Positions 56,402 through 64,000 of a DNA stretch of 64,000 nucleotides are shown here, piece by piece. How positions within the stretch are numbered: position 1 is the first letter of the stretch; each line of letters starts with the position of its first letter. The stretch is from NCBI GenBank assembly GCA_035262505.1, contig DATFSR010000017.1:46175-110174 (forward strand). The letters are read 5' to 3'. Below the pieces are notes generated by a model. That model was not told the DNA's origin. It did not search any database and saw only the letters and a list, made by a program, of their open reading frames with translations. Origin of the DNA: Candidatus Acidiferrum sp. GTDB lineage: Bacteria > Acidobacteriota > Terriglobia > Acidiferrales > UBA7541. The position numbers and the translations under genes were made by a program.

Positions 56402-57619
56402 ATGGGAAGACTCGTGGGGCTACTCGGCCTGGGGACCATGATTGGACTGGCGTACTTGTTCTCCACGGATCGAAAAGCGATCCGGCTGAAAACCGTGCTT
56501 TGGGGACTTGGGCTGCAACTCTCGTTTGCGTTCTTTGTCCTGCGCTTCGATATCGGCCGGCAAATATTTCAGGTTGCGGGTGATGCCGTAAACCGATTGC
56601 TGAGTTTTTCTTATGTTGGATCGGAATTCGTGTTTGGGGAGATCGGGAAAAAAGTTTCTTCGCTCGGTTTTTCTTTCGCCTTTCAAGTGCTTCCGACCAT
56701 CATCTTCATCGCGGCATTTTTCGCCGTGCTCTATCACATTGGCGTGATGCAGCTCATCATTCGTGGAGCGGCCTGGTTGATGACGCGGGTAATGGGGGCG
56801 AGCGGCGCGGAATCATTGAATGTCGCGGCGAGCATCTTCATGGGGCAAACCGAAGCGCCGCTGACGATCCGGCCATTCCTCAACAAGCTGACCAAATCCG
56901 AATTGATGTGCGTGATGACGAGCGGGATGGCACACGTTTCAGGCGGCATTATGGCGGCGTATATCGCGTTTGGCATTGAAGCCAAGCACCTTTTGGCCGC
57001 GGTAATCATGACCGCTCCGGGCACGCTGCTGATGGCCAAGATGCTGGTGCCCGAGACGGAGCAATCCCTCACGGCAGGCAAGGTAGAAATGCCCAAGATG
57101 GAAAAAGAAGCGAATGTTCTCGGAGCGATTTCGCGCGGCACGATTGACGGCTTGGGACTGGCCTTGAATGTCGGGGCCATGCTCGTAACCTTCATCGCCC
57201 TGCTTGCCTTGGTGAACGCCATGATGGGATGGGGCCACAGCCATATCTCATGGTTCCCGGACAGCTTGCAGCGCGTGTTTGGCTGGGTGCTTTCGCCGAT
57301 TGCGTGGCTCATTGGAATTCCCTGGCACGATTGCAAAATTATGGGCAATTTGCTCGGCACGCGCATGGTCATCAATGAATTGGTGGCGTTTCAGCAACTC
57401 GGCGCATTGAAATCGTCGCTCGATCCGAGGTCGTTTACGATCGCCACGTTTGCGCTTTGCGGTTTTGCGAATTTCAGCTCCGTCGGCATACAGATCGGCG
57501 GAATCGGTGCGCTTGCGCCCGAGCAGCGTGGCCAGCTTGCAAAATTCGGGATCCGCGCAATGCTTGCCGGCACGATGGCCAACTTGATGTCGGCTTCGAT
57601 CGTTGGAATGTTTACATGA
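56402..57619 (+). CDS. nupC: CNT family nucleoside:cation symporter
   Basis: FQVLPTIIF, IFMGQTEAPL, INELVAF, FALCGFANFSS. Confidence 0.95.
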   Translation: MGRLVGLLGLGTMIGLAYLFSTDRKAIRLKTVLWGLGLQLSFAFFVLRFDIGRQIFQVAGDAVNRLLSFSYVGSEFVFGEIGKKVSSLGFSFAFQVLPTIIFIAAFFAVLYHIGVMQLIIRGAAWLMTRVMGASGAESLNVAASIFMGQTEAPLTIRPFLNKLTKSELMCVMTSGMAHVSGGIMAAYIAFGIEAKHLLAAVIMTAPGTLLMAKMLVPETEQSLTAGKVEMPKMEKEANVLGAISRGTIDGLGLALNVGAMLVTFIALLALVNAMMGWGHSHISWFPDSLQRVFGWVLSPIAWLIGIPWHDCKIMGNLLGTRMVINELVAFQQLGALKSSLDPRSFTIATFALCGFANFSSVGIQIGGIGALAPEQRGQLAKFGIRAMLAGTMANLMSASIVGMFT

Positions 57620-58539
57620 GCCCAAAGGAAGCGCCTCAGAAAACGAAAAAGAAAAACAATGCAGCCAGGAAGCCAGCAACTCTTCGTGAGAAAACTGTTG
57701 GGCTTCCCGGAGAAGTTGAGCGCGCCGGACTTGCCGCGGATTTCATTTTTTCTCGCACCAAACTCCGCCCGCAGATCGCTCTCGTTCTCGGTTCGGGGCT
57801 TGGCGCTTTTGCCGACGAATTCGCCAGTGCAACGAAAATTCCTTATGCAGATATCCCTTATTTCCCGCGGTCCACAGCTATAGGTCACGCTGGCAAGTTG
57901 GTTGTCGGAAAAGTTGGAACGATTCCCGTGGCGGGGATGCAAGGCCGCGTGCATCTTTATGAAGGATACTCGGCGAAAGACGTAGTCTTTCCGATTCGCG
58001 TTTTCGCGCGAATGGGAGTAAAAGCGGTCATCTTGACGAACGCGGCGGGCGGCATCAAGCGCGAGTTCACGCAAGGACGGCTTGTAGTCATCAACGACCA
58101 CATCAATTTGCAGGGTGTGAATCCCCTAACCGGTCCTAATGACGAGCGCTTCGGGCTGCGCTTTCCTGACATGACCAACGCTTACGATAAGAGATTTCGC
58201 GAGATGGTCGTCGGCGAAGGCCATCGGCTGGAAATCGGGGTCTACGAAGGCGTATACGCGGCGCTGGCCGGGCCGAGCTACGAGACGCCCGCCGAGATTC
58301 GCCACCTGCGTACGATTGGGGCCGATCTCGTGGGAATGTCCACGGTTCCAGAAGTGATTGCCGCACGGCACAGTGGCATTCGAGTGCTCGGCATTTCCTG
58401 CGTGACGAACGCCGCGGCGGGGATTTTGGATCAACCGCTGAACCACATTGAAGTGCTCGAGACCGCGGAGCGCGTCAAGGGACAGTTCATTCGTCTGCTA
58501 AAGGCAGTGATTCCGCGGATAGCCGAAGCCATCGCCTAA
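57616..58539 (+). CDS. punA: Purine-nucleoside phosphorylase (trimeric type)
   Basis: LGSGLG, QGRVHLYEG, TNAAGG, GPSYETPAE, GMSTVPE; ATGA overlap with nupC. Confidence 0.95.
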   Translation: MSPKEAPQKTKKKNNAARKPATLREKTVGLPGEVERAGLAADFIFSRTKLRPQIALVLGSGLGAFADEFASATKIPYADIPYFPRSTAIGHAGKLVVGKVGTIPVAGMQGRVHLYEGYSAKDVVFPIRVFARMGVKAVILTNAAGGIKREFTQGRLVVINDHINLQGVNPLTGPNDERFGLRFPDMTNAYDKRFREMVVGEGHRLEIGVYEGVYAALAGPSYETPAEIRHLRTIGADLVGMSTVPEVIAARHSGIRVLGISCVTNAAAGILDQPLNHIEVLETAERVKGQFIRLLKAVIPRIAEAIA

Positions 58540-58596
58540 GAATTCTGGAGGGGCCCGAGTTCTGCTTGACCGATTTTTTGGAGTAAAGCAACGCCC

Positions 58597-58989
58597 GTGA
58601 GCGCATACGACAAACTGATTTCCGCGGCAAAACAAGCGCGAGAGAATGCCCACGCGCCCTATTCGAACTTTCGCGTGGGAGCCGCGTTGCGCGCCACTTC
58701 CGGCAGGATTTTTGGCGGCTGCAACGTGGAAAACTCGACTTACGGCCTAACCGTGTGCGCCGAACGCGTGGCCATTTTCAAGGCCATCAGCGAAGGTGAG
58801 CGCGGCTTTGATGCAATCTCGGTAGTGACGGACACCGATACGCTAACGCCGCCCTGTGGCCCATGCCGCCAATTAATTTGGGAATTCTGCGGCGACGTGC
58901 CGGTGATTCTGGCCAATCTCAGAGGAAAAACGGAAGTGCTCCGGATGCGGGATTTGTTCCCCAAACCGTTCGATTCTTCGAATCTCTGA
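58597..58989 (+). CDS. cdd: Cytidine deaminase (tetrameric)
   Basis: APYSNFRVGAA, NVEN, CAER, PCGPCRQ. Confidence 0.96.
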   Translation: MSAYDKLISAAKQARENAHAPYSNFRVGAALRATSGRIFGGCNVENSTYGLTVCAERVAIFKAISEGERGFDAISVVTDTDTLTPPCGPCRQLIWEFCGDVPVILANLRGKTEVLRMRDLFPKPFDSSNL

Positions 58990-59023
58990 CTTGGAACGAG
59001 TGTGAAACCGTTTTCTTTGCGGC

Positions 59024-59923
59024 TTACCGATTCTTCAGGTAGACCACGCCGCAACGATACTTCTTTTCGCTTTTTAGTTCTTCCACGTGAACGATTTCAG
59101 CAGTGGTAAAGAAGTTCTGCGCTCCAGGCGTATACGGCGCCGCAACCTCAATCTTGAATTTTTCGGAATATCGTTTGCGGCTCTTAAAGCAAAGTCCGCC
59201 CCGGGAAACGTCTTCGCAAGTCACGATGTCATCGCCGTGAGCAAAGCTTCTGATGCAAGCTTTGAAGTTCACCTTTGTGCGGACATGCTTCCGCCGATTC
59301 TCCCGGCGGGCCGCGGGCGATGGTTCAGGGAGATCGGCAACCGCAACCGGAGCGTGCGCCGGTGACTCCTCCTCATCGACCCACCCCATGGCACGGCTCT
59401 GGACCATCTCCGCGACCGCAGAAACTCCCTCGACATCTTCCGATCCGCGCTTCCAGAACGTGGAGGAGCCACAATTCTTGCAGTAACGGACAATGCCTTC
59501 GTTGATCCGATAAACGTCCGATTCCAGGTCGCTCTGCTCAACCGTTTCACGCGTCTGGCAACTGCCGCACTCCATCGACACCACGCGCGTTTGCTTTTCT
59601 TCTTCCGAGGGCACGGGGAACTGCATGCCCCAGAAATCATTCGTCGAATCTAGGAAGGCCACGCCGTACGTGTAAACTTCACCCTCGACGCCGATCTGCC
59701 CGACAAGACGAACTTCGGTCTCTTGGTTCGTATCCAAGCGCCGGACAATCAGCTCCTGCTCGGCGGAAAGCTTATAGCGGGAAACAATACCCGCTCCGTG
59801 TCGGCTCAGCAGCACCGTTTTCGTTTGTTCGGAAAAAACCTTCCCTTCAATGTCGCTGCCGGTCAAAAGGATAGCCATCTCTTTGGGGATTCGGCTGCTT
59901 CGGCGCACACCTTCAGGGAACAT
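59024..59923 (-). CDS. PilZ-like, zinc ribbon, PilZ protein
   Basis: RRSSR…LSRHG; CGSC…CKNC; RRKHVR…DVSRGG. Start uncertain (59923 or 59935). Confidence 0.8.
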   Translation of the reverse strand: MFPEGVRRSSRIPKEMAILLTGSDIEGKVFSEQTKTVLLSRHGAGIVSRYKLSAEQELIVRRLDTNQETEVRLVGQIGVEGEVYTYGVAFLDSTNDFWGMQFPVPSEEEKQTRVVSMECGSCQTRETVEQSDLESDVYRINEGIVRYCKNCGSSTFWKRGSEDVEGVSAVAEMVQSRAMGWVDEEESPAHAPVAVADLPEPSPAARRENRRKHVRTKVNFKACIRSFAHGDDIVTCEDVSRGGLCFKSRKRYSEKFKIEVAAPYTPGAQNFFTTAEIVHVEELKSEKKYRCGVVYLKNR

Positions 59924-60049
59924 TCGTTCACTCACTCCGAGAGGACTCTCTTCCGATGGTACTTTGGGAAATTTATTGCCGTCACGGACTTTGTCGGAGA
60001 ATGATGCGCAAGCGGCAAGGCTCATTGGGCTCGGCTAAGGAAAATCACA

Positions 60050-60082
60050 AAGATCAAAACTGGACCGTCATTGGCCGGCCCA
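60050..60082 (-). terminator. Putative terminator
   Basis: Minus strand TGGGCCG-8 nt-CGGTCCA followed by GTTTTGATCTT. Confidence 0.45.
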
Positions 60083-60095
60083 CCTGACATGAGGA

Positions 60096-60428
60096 TTATG
60101 GCTTTTCGGTATTGGGCGCGGCTGTCTTGCGCTTGCGATCGATGGCGACCGCTGCACGACTCACGGGCTTCGAGGCTTCGCGATCCGCAACAAGCTGAAA
60201 GGAGGAACTGTCCGTCTTTCCGTGGCTTTGTGCTTGCAGAGAAGGCTTCGAAGCCGGCTGTTTTTGCGGCTGAGCGGGAGTCGGCCGCGCGGCCATAGCC
60301 CAAGAGTCGGTTCCATCGAAATGATCAGGGCTGACTTCGGATTGGGCTTTGCAAGCCGGCGTCAGGAACAATGCAGCAACAATCCCCAAAAGCAGGGTGG
60401 ATAACTTTAACAAAATAAAGGGCTTCAC
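60096..60428 (-). CDS. Small hypothetical secreted protein
   Basis: GTG start with SD AAGGAG; signal peptide ending CKA; QSEVSPDHF then low-complexity sequence. Confidence 0.65.
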   Translation of the reverse strand: MKPFILLKLSTLLLGIVAALFLTPACKAQSEVSPDHFDGTDSWAMAARPTPAQPQKQPASKPSLQAQSHGKTDSSSFQLVADREASKPVSRAAVAIDRKRKTAAPNTEKP

Positions 60429-60705
60429 CTGCGTCTCCTTACATCAGGGCTGTGCGGAACCCCGGGGTCGCTAATTCAACCATTTGCCTGGTGAACTAGG
60501 AATTCTCTGATGTAGGAGCATTCTTTCGAAGCAAAACGTCGGGGTCGATAGGCCCCCGGTACTACGATGTCGCCTAGTGATCAATAGCTGGCGCGCGGCA
60601 TTTCTGAGGAGTGCGAGAGGCGGACTGAAGAGCTGCCACAAGTTTGTGGCTAGCGGGCTGGGAAATGGGTATAGAATGCCTGCACCCGAAGGAAGGTCCC
60701 AGGCC

Positions 60706-61017
60706 ATGGAACAAGAGCGTCGCCGTTCTCCAAGATTCCCTTTTATTGCCTCCGCAGAAGTTCTTGAAGAAAACAACGGCTCACGGCTTTCTGCGCGCAT
60801 CAGCGACATCAGCGCTACAGGCTGCTATGTGGACACCATTAACCCGCTGCCGGGCGGTACTGCGGTGCGGGTAAGAATCTTCAATGAAACACAGGCTTTC
60901 GAAGCGCCTGCAACAGTGGCGTATTCGGTAGTGCACTTGGGAATGGGATTGCGTTTTGACGAGGTGTCGTCAAATTCCCGCGATGTCTTGCAAACCTGGT
61001 TGCCGACGACCGTTTGA
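60706..61017 (+). CDS. Stand-alone PilZ domain protein
   Basis: ERRRSPRF…DISATGC (RxxxR and DxSxxG motifs), GMGLRF. Confidence 0.88.
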   Translation: MEQERRRSPRFPFIASAEVLEENNGSRLSARISDISATGCYVDTINPLPGGTAVRVRIFNETQAFEAPATVAYSVVHLGMGLRFDEVSSNSRDVLQTWLPTTV

Positions 61018-61095
61018 AACCGCAGCTCCCGGCGACACTCTTACGGCATTTTCCGGATGATTTATTCTTAGCTTGGAACTGGAAACCGTGGGTTA

Positions 61096-61374
61096 CTAGC
61101 GGGACAGAGCCATCAACGATTCGTTGAGTTTGTTGAGGTCCGAATCCACTCGATAATAGCCTGGCCTCCAGGGAGCCTTGGTTTCTTCAGGGTTGAAACG
61201 GATCACGGCAAAATCGCTGGCTGCCTTGGGATCGTTGCCCAAATGAGGAAAGTCCTGCCCCACGTAAGTCGCCGGATGCTGCTTGACCACTGCTTCGCAC
61301 TCATTCATGGAAAGAACGGCTCGCAGCATGCCCTGATTTTTCGCGTGTGGCTGGCAGAAGTAGAGGTTCGGCAT
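61096..61374 (-). CDS. Hypothetical protein
   Basis: 92-aa globular-looking ORF MPNLYFCQPHAKNQG… filling the gap between genes. Confidence 0.65.
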   Translation of the reverse strand: MPNLYFCQPHAKNQGMLRAVLSMNECEAVVKQHPATYVGQDFPHLGNDPKAASDFAVIRFNPEETKAPWRPGYYRVDSDLNKLNESLMALSR

Positions 61375-61586
61375 ACCGACAAATCTTCGAGGAATCTGTG
61401 GAAAACTCAAATAGTACTTCCGGACAACTGGACGTCGAAAATGATCCAGAGCGCCTAAGAGCGGCTGCCATTCGAATTAAGCTGTTTCGACTCAACGCCT
61501 TAGGATTAGTTTGGTTTAGGAACACCTGTCCTTCGGTCCGTTTATTTACTTGACAAGGGCTGCTGCGAGCGCGGCTCAGCGAAATC

Positions 61587-62816
61587 TCAGTCGAAGATTT
61601 TCGCGGCGGTCAAAGCGTAGATCGCAGCACATTCTGCGACTCGGCGCAAATCCACGTATTCGTTCGGGCCATGGGCAACGGAAAGTAGCCCTGGCCCGTA
61701 ACCGTAACTGGCGATTCCTTCTACCGCATAAAACCGCGTTTCCAACAGGCCCGGGCACAACTCGAAGCTGGCCGGCTTGCCCGTTATTTCCTGGATGGCC
61801 TGACCCAATGCTCGGCCAGTGGCTTTGTCTTTGTCGGTTGACGCCGAATTCCCTTCCTGCAAGACCTCCCACTCCAGCGGGATTCCTTGGCGCTGGAACT
61901 CCCTCAGAACCTCCAGGAGCCGGTCCTTCTCTTCCGCCAGGCGTTCTTCGGGATTAATGCGCCGGTCGATGGTAAACCAACAACTTTCCGGCACGACGTT
62001 GAAGTTCGTGCCGCCGCCGCTCTGGCCGCCTAGCATCAGAATGGAATTGCTCGACTGCCCTGCGCCGACGTTCGAGCCGGTTGTGCGCTCTTCCACTTCA
62101 CTTTTGAGCGTTTGCAGACGCTTCACAACGCTGTGCATGCGTTCGAAAGCGTTCTCGCCCTGGTGCTGCAGGCCCACGTGCGCAGATGTCCCGAAAACCT
62201 GAACGCGCAGCGAAATGGCGCCCCGGTTGGCATTCCAAACCACGCCGCTGGTCGGCTCAGCCAGCAGCATGCCAACTCCATTTCTGCCCAGAATTCCCTG
62301 CTCCGCCAACTTTGCAGACCCGCGCGCGCCTCCGGTTTCTTCATCCGGGACCAAAACGAGCTGAACTCTCCCGCCCATTTCTACGCCACACTCCCTCAAC
62401 ACAAGGAGCGCGTAGAGCATGGAAACGATTCCACCCTTCATGTCGCAAGTCCCGCGCCCAAACAAGAAATGCTCTTTGCGGCTTGCTTGGAATTGCTCTT
62501 CGGATTGCGCGGGAACTACATCGTAATGTCCGTGAAAATAGAAAACGCGGTCGCCTTGCCCGTAGCTGACCGATAGACAGGCTGGCGTATTGTCCGCAGC
62601 ACGGTCCGAGGAAGGATCAAGACGCTCGCATCGCAAATCGAGCTCCGCGACGCGGCCTGCAAATAAGTCGGCAAACTCGCGGTAATTCCGGCCCGGAGGA
62701 TTTTCCGTAGGCACAGCGACGAGATCAGCCAACAGCGCCGCCATGTCGTCTTCGCGCTGTCTCAGCCAACCTAGCAAGCGTTCCGCTGCTCTATCTTCTT
62801 GGGCCTTTGCGCGCAT
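61587..62816 (-). CDS. M20 family (ArgE/DapE-like) metallopeptidase/deacylase
   Basis: HGHYDVVP, GRGTCDMKGG, DEETGG, AEPT, AHGPNE. Confidence 0.92.
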   Translation of the reverse strand: MRAKAQEDRAAERLLGWLRQREDDMAALLADLVAVPTENPPGRNYREFADLFAGRVAELDLRCERLDPSSDRAADNTPACLSVSYGQGDRVFYFHGHYDVVPAQSEEQFQASRKEHFLFGRGTCDMKGGIVSMLYALLVLRECGVEMGGRVQLVLVPDEETGGARGSAKLAEQGILGRNGVGMLLAEPTSGVVWNANRGAISLRVQVFGTSAHVGLQHQGENAFERMHSVVKRLQTLKSEVEERTTGSNVGAGQSSNSILMLGGQSGGGTNFNVVPESCWFTIDRRINPEERLAEEKDRLLEVLREFQRQGIPLEWEVLQEGNSASTDKDKATGRALGQAIQEITGKPASFELCPGLLETRFYAVEGIASYGYGPGLLSVAHGPNEYVDLRRVAECAAIYALTAAKIFD

Positions 62817-62926
62817 GAGGGCTTATGCTCAGGTCATCGGTAGAACTCTCCAAGCTCCATATTGGAGCCCCCCATTCGGACCTATGTTACCCTGTGGCGC
62901 ATTCGTCGGCACGCAGCGCGAAGTCC

Positions 62927-63538
62927 ATGAACAAAGAAACAAAAGCTTTCGCTCTCGCGCGGTGGGTTGCACTCGTTTGGGTGCTCATCTGGCTCCCCAT
63001 CAATACGTGGACCTGGGGCTGGCAGAACATGCTGCATCTGTGCGATGTCAGCGTGGTGGTCGCTTGCCTAGGGTTATGGTTCCGCAATTCCCTGCTGGTT
63101 TCCAGCCAGGCACTTTTATCCCCGCTTGTCGGAATCTTGTGGACTCTGGACGTCTGCTGGCGGATCGTGACCGGCCATCATCTGGTGGGCGGTACGGAAT
63201 ACATGTGGGATACGCACTACGCGTTCTGCATTCGGCTGCTTTCTTGTTTTCACATTGTTTTGCCCATCGTCCTGCTCTGGGCGCTGCAAATCCTTGGTTA
63301 CCATCGCCGAGCCCTGGCATTGCAAACCGCGATTACCGGAGTATTGCTCATTTTTTCGCGATTTCTATCTCCCGCCCTCAACATGAATTTTGCGTTTCAG
63401 GATCCTTTGCTACACCGTGCGTGGGGGTCAGCTCCGTCACACTTGCTCGTTATTCTCGCGGGATGCATAGCGATTTTCTACTGGCCGACGCACCTCCTAT
63501 TTCTGCGTGCTTTTCCCCTGGCGCAAAGATCTGAATGA
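62927..63538 (+). CDS. Multi-TM membrane protein (YwaF/TMEM164-like)
   Basis: About 6 TM segments; LHLCD, LSCFH, NMNFAF motifs. Confidence 0.65.
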   Translation: MNKETKAFALARWVALVWVLIWLPINTWTWGWQNMLHLCDVSVVVACLGLWFRNSLLVSSQALLSPLVGILWTLDVCWRIVTGHHLVGGTEYMWDTHYAFCIRLLSCFHIVLPIVLLWALQILGYHRRALALQTAITGVLLIFSRFLSPALNMNFAFQDPLLHRAWGSAPSHLLVILAGCIAIFYWPTHLLFLRAFPLAQRSE

Positions 63539-63566
63539 GGATGTATCAAAGGAGAAGACTCTACCA

Positions 63567-64000
63567 GTGAGCGCGGACGCGAATAAGTATCGAAAAGAGT
63601 TCGAGAAGATGTTGCAGACCGCTCTCGCGGAGGCTCGTGCCGGCCTTGCCGAGGGGGGAATTCCAATCGGCGCCGCTCTTTTCGCTCGCCAAGGAACGCT
63701 CCTCGGCAAGGGGCACAATCGCCGCGTGCAGGAATCCGACCCCTCGGCACATGGCGAAACCGATGCGTTTCGCAAGGCCGGCCGCCAGCGAACTTACCGC
63801 GACAAAATCATGGTCACAACCCTCGCTCCTTGCTGGTACTGCAGCGGATTGATCCGTCAATTTGGAATCGCTACGGTGGTCGTCGGAGAGTCCGTAAACT
63901 TTCACGGCGGAATCGACTGGCTCCTCGAGAATGGCATCGAAGTCATCGACCTTCACTCCCGCGAATGCATCGATCTGCTAGCGAAATTTGTAAACGAGCA
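63567..64000 (+). CDS. Cytosine/nucleoside deaminase (Fcy1/TadA-like), runs off the window end
   Basis: Not in the ORF track. Manual translation: EGGIPIGAAL, GHNRRVQ, AHGETDA, TLAPCWYCSG. Confidence 0.92.
   Translation, partial: MSADANKYRKEFEKMLQTALAEARAGLAEGGIPIGAALFARQGTLLGKGHNRRVQESDPSAHGETDAFRKAGRQRTYRDKIMVTTLAPCWYCSGLIRQFGIATVVVGESVNFHGGIDWLLENGIEVIDLHSRECIDLLAKFVNE

Noticed and set aside
55042-58989. Nucleoside salvage operon lacking deoB/deoC
   Set aside because: Ordinary arrangement; those genes may lie elsewhere in the genome.

Overview
A 64-kb, GC-rich, gene-dense bacterial window. It is most likely Acidobacteriota, inferred from two ADOP-type orphan ABC permeases, an acidobacterial-type PadR and VPS10/BNR, PilZ and DUF5666-type proteins. 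I saw no rRNA, CRISPR array, integrase or transposase. Recognisable blocks: amidase-GerMN-rph-rdgB-nth; an IorAB-like molybdo-oxidoreductase; tRNA-Arg(UCU); the nucleoside salvage operon pdp-nupC-punA-cdd; and NHEJ genes ligD and ku. Two regions stand out. (1) At 26.2-36.8 kb, directly behind the tRNA, an 11-gene, largely translationally coupled membrane operon joins four Cys-rich zinc-finger membrane proteins (tandem-duplicated Zn-ribbon-RDD genes and B-box-like proteins) to a DUF4129/DUF4350/MoxR/DUF58/SpoIIM/RDD module of unknown function. (2) At 37-51 kb, an NHEJ neighbourhood carries apparent rearrangement scars: two divergent genes joined head-to-head after both lost their 5' ends, a 5'-truncated nucleotidyltransferase and an orphan xylF-like gene. 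It also holds an ATT-initiated DUF72 gene, a probably leaderless ligD, a pseudo-receiver/anti-sigma fusion, a MerR-TPR gene behind ku, a Trp-rich repeat secreted protein and dispersed heptamer arrays. All family calls are from motif recognition by eye; no database searches were run.
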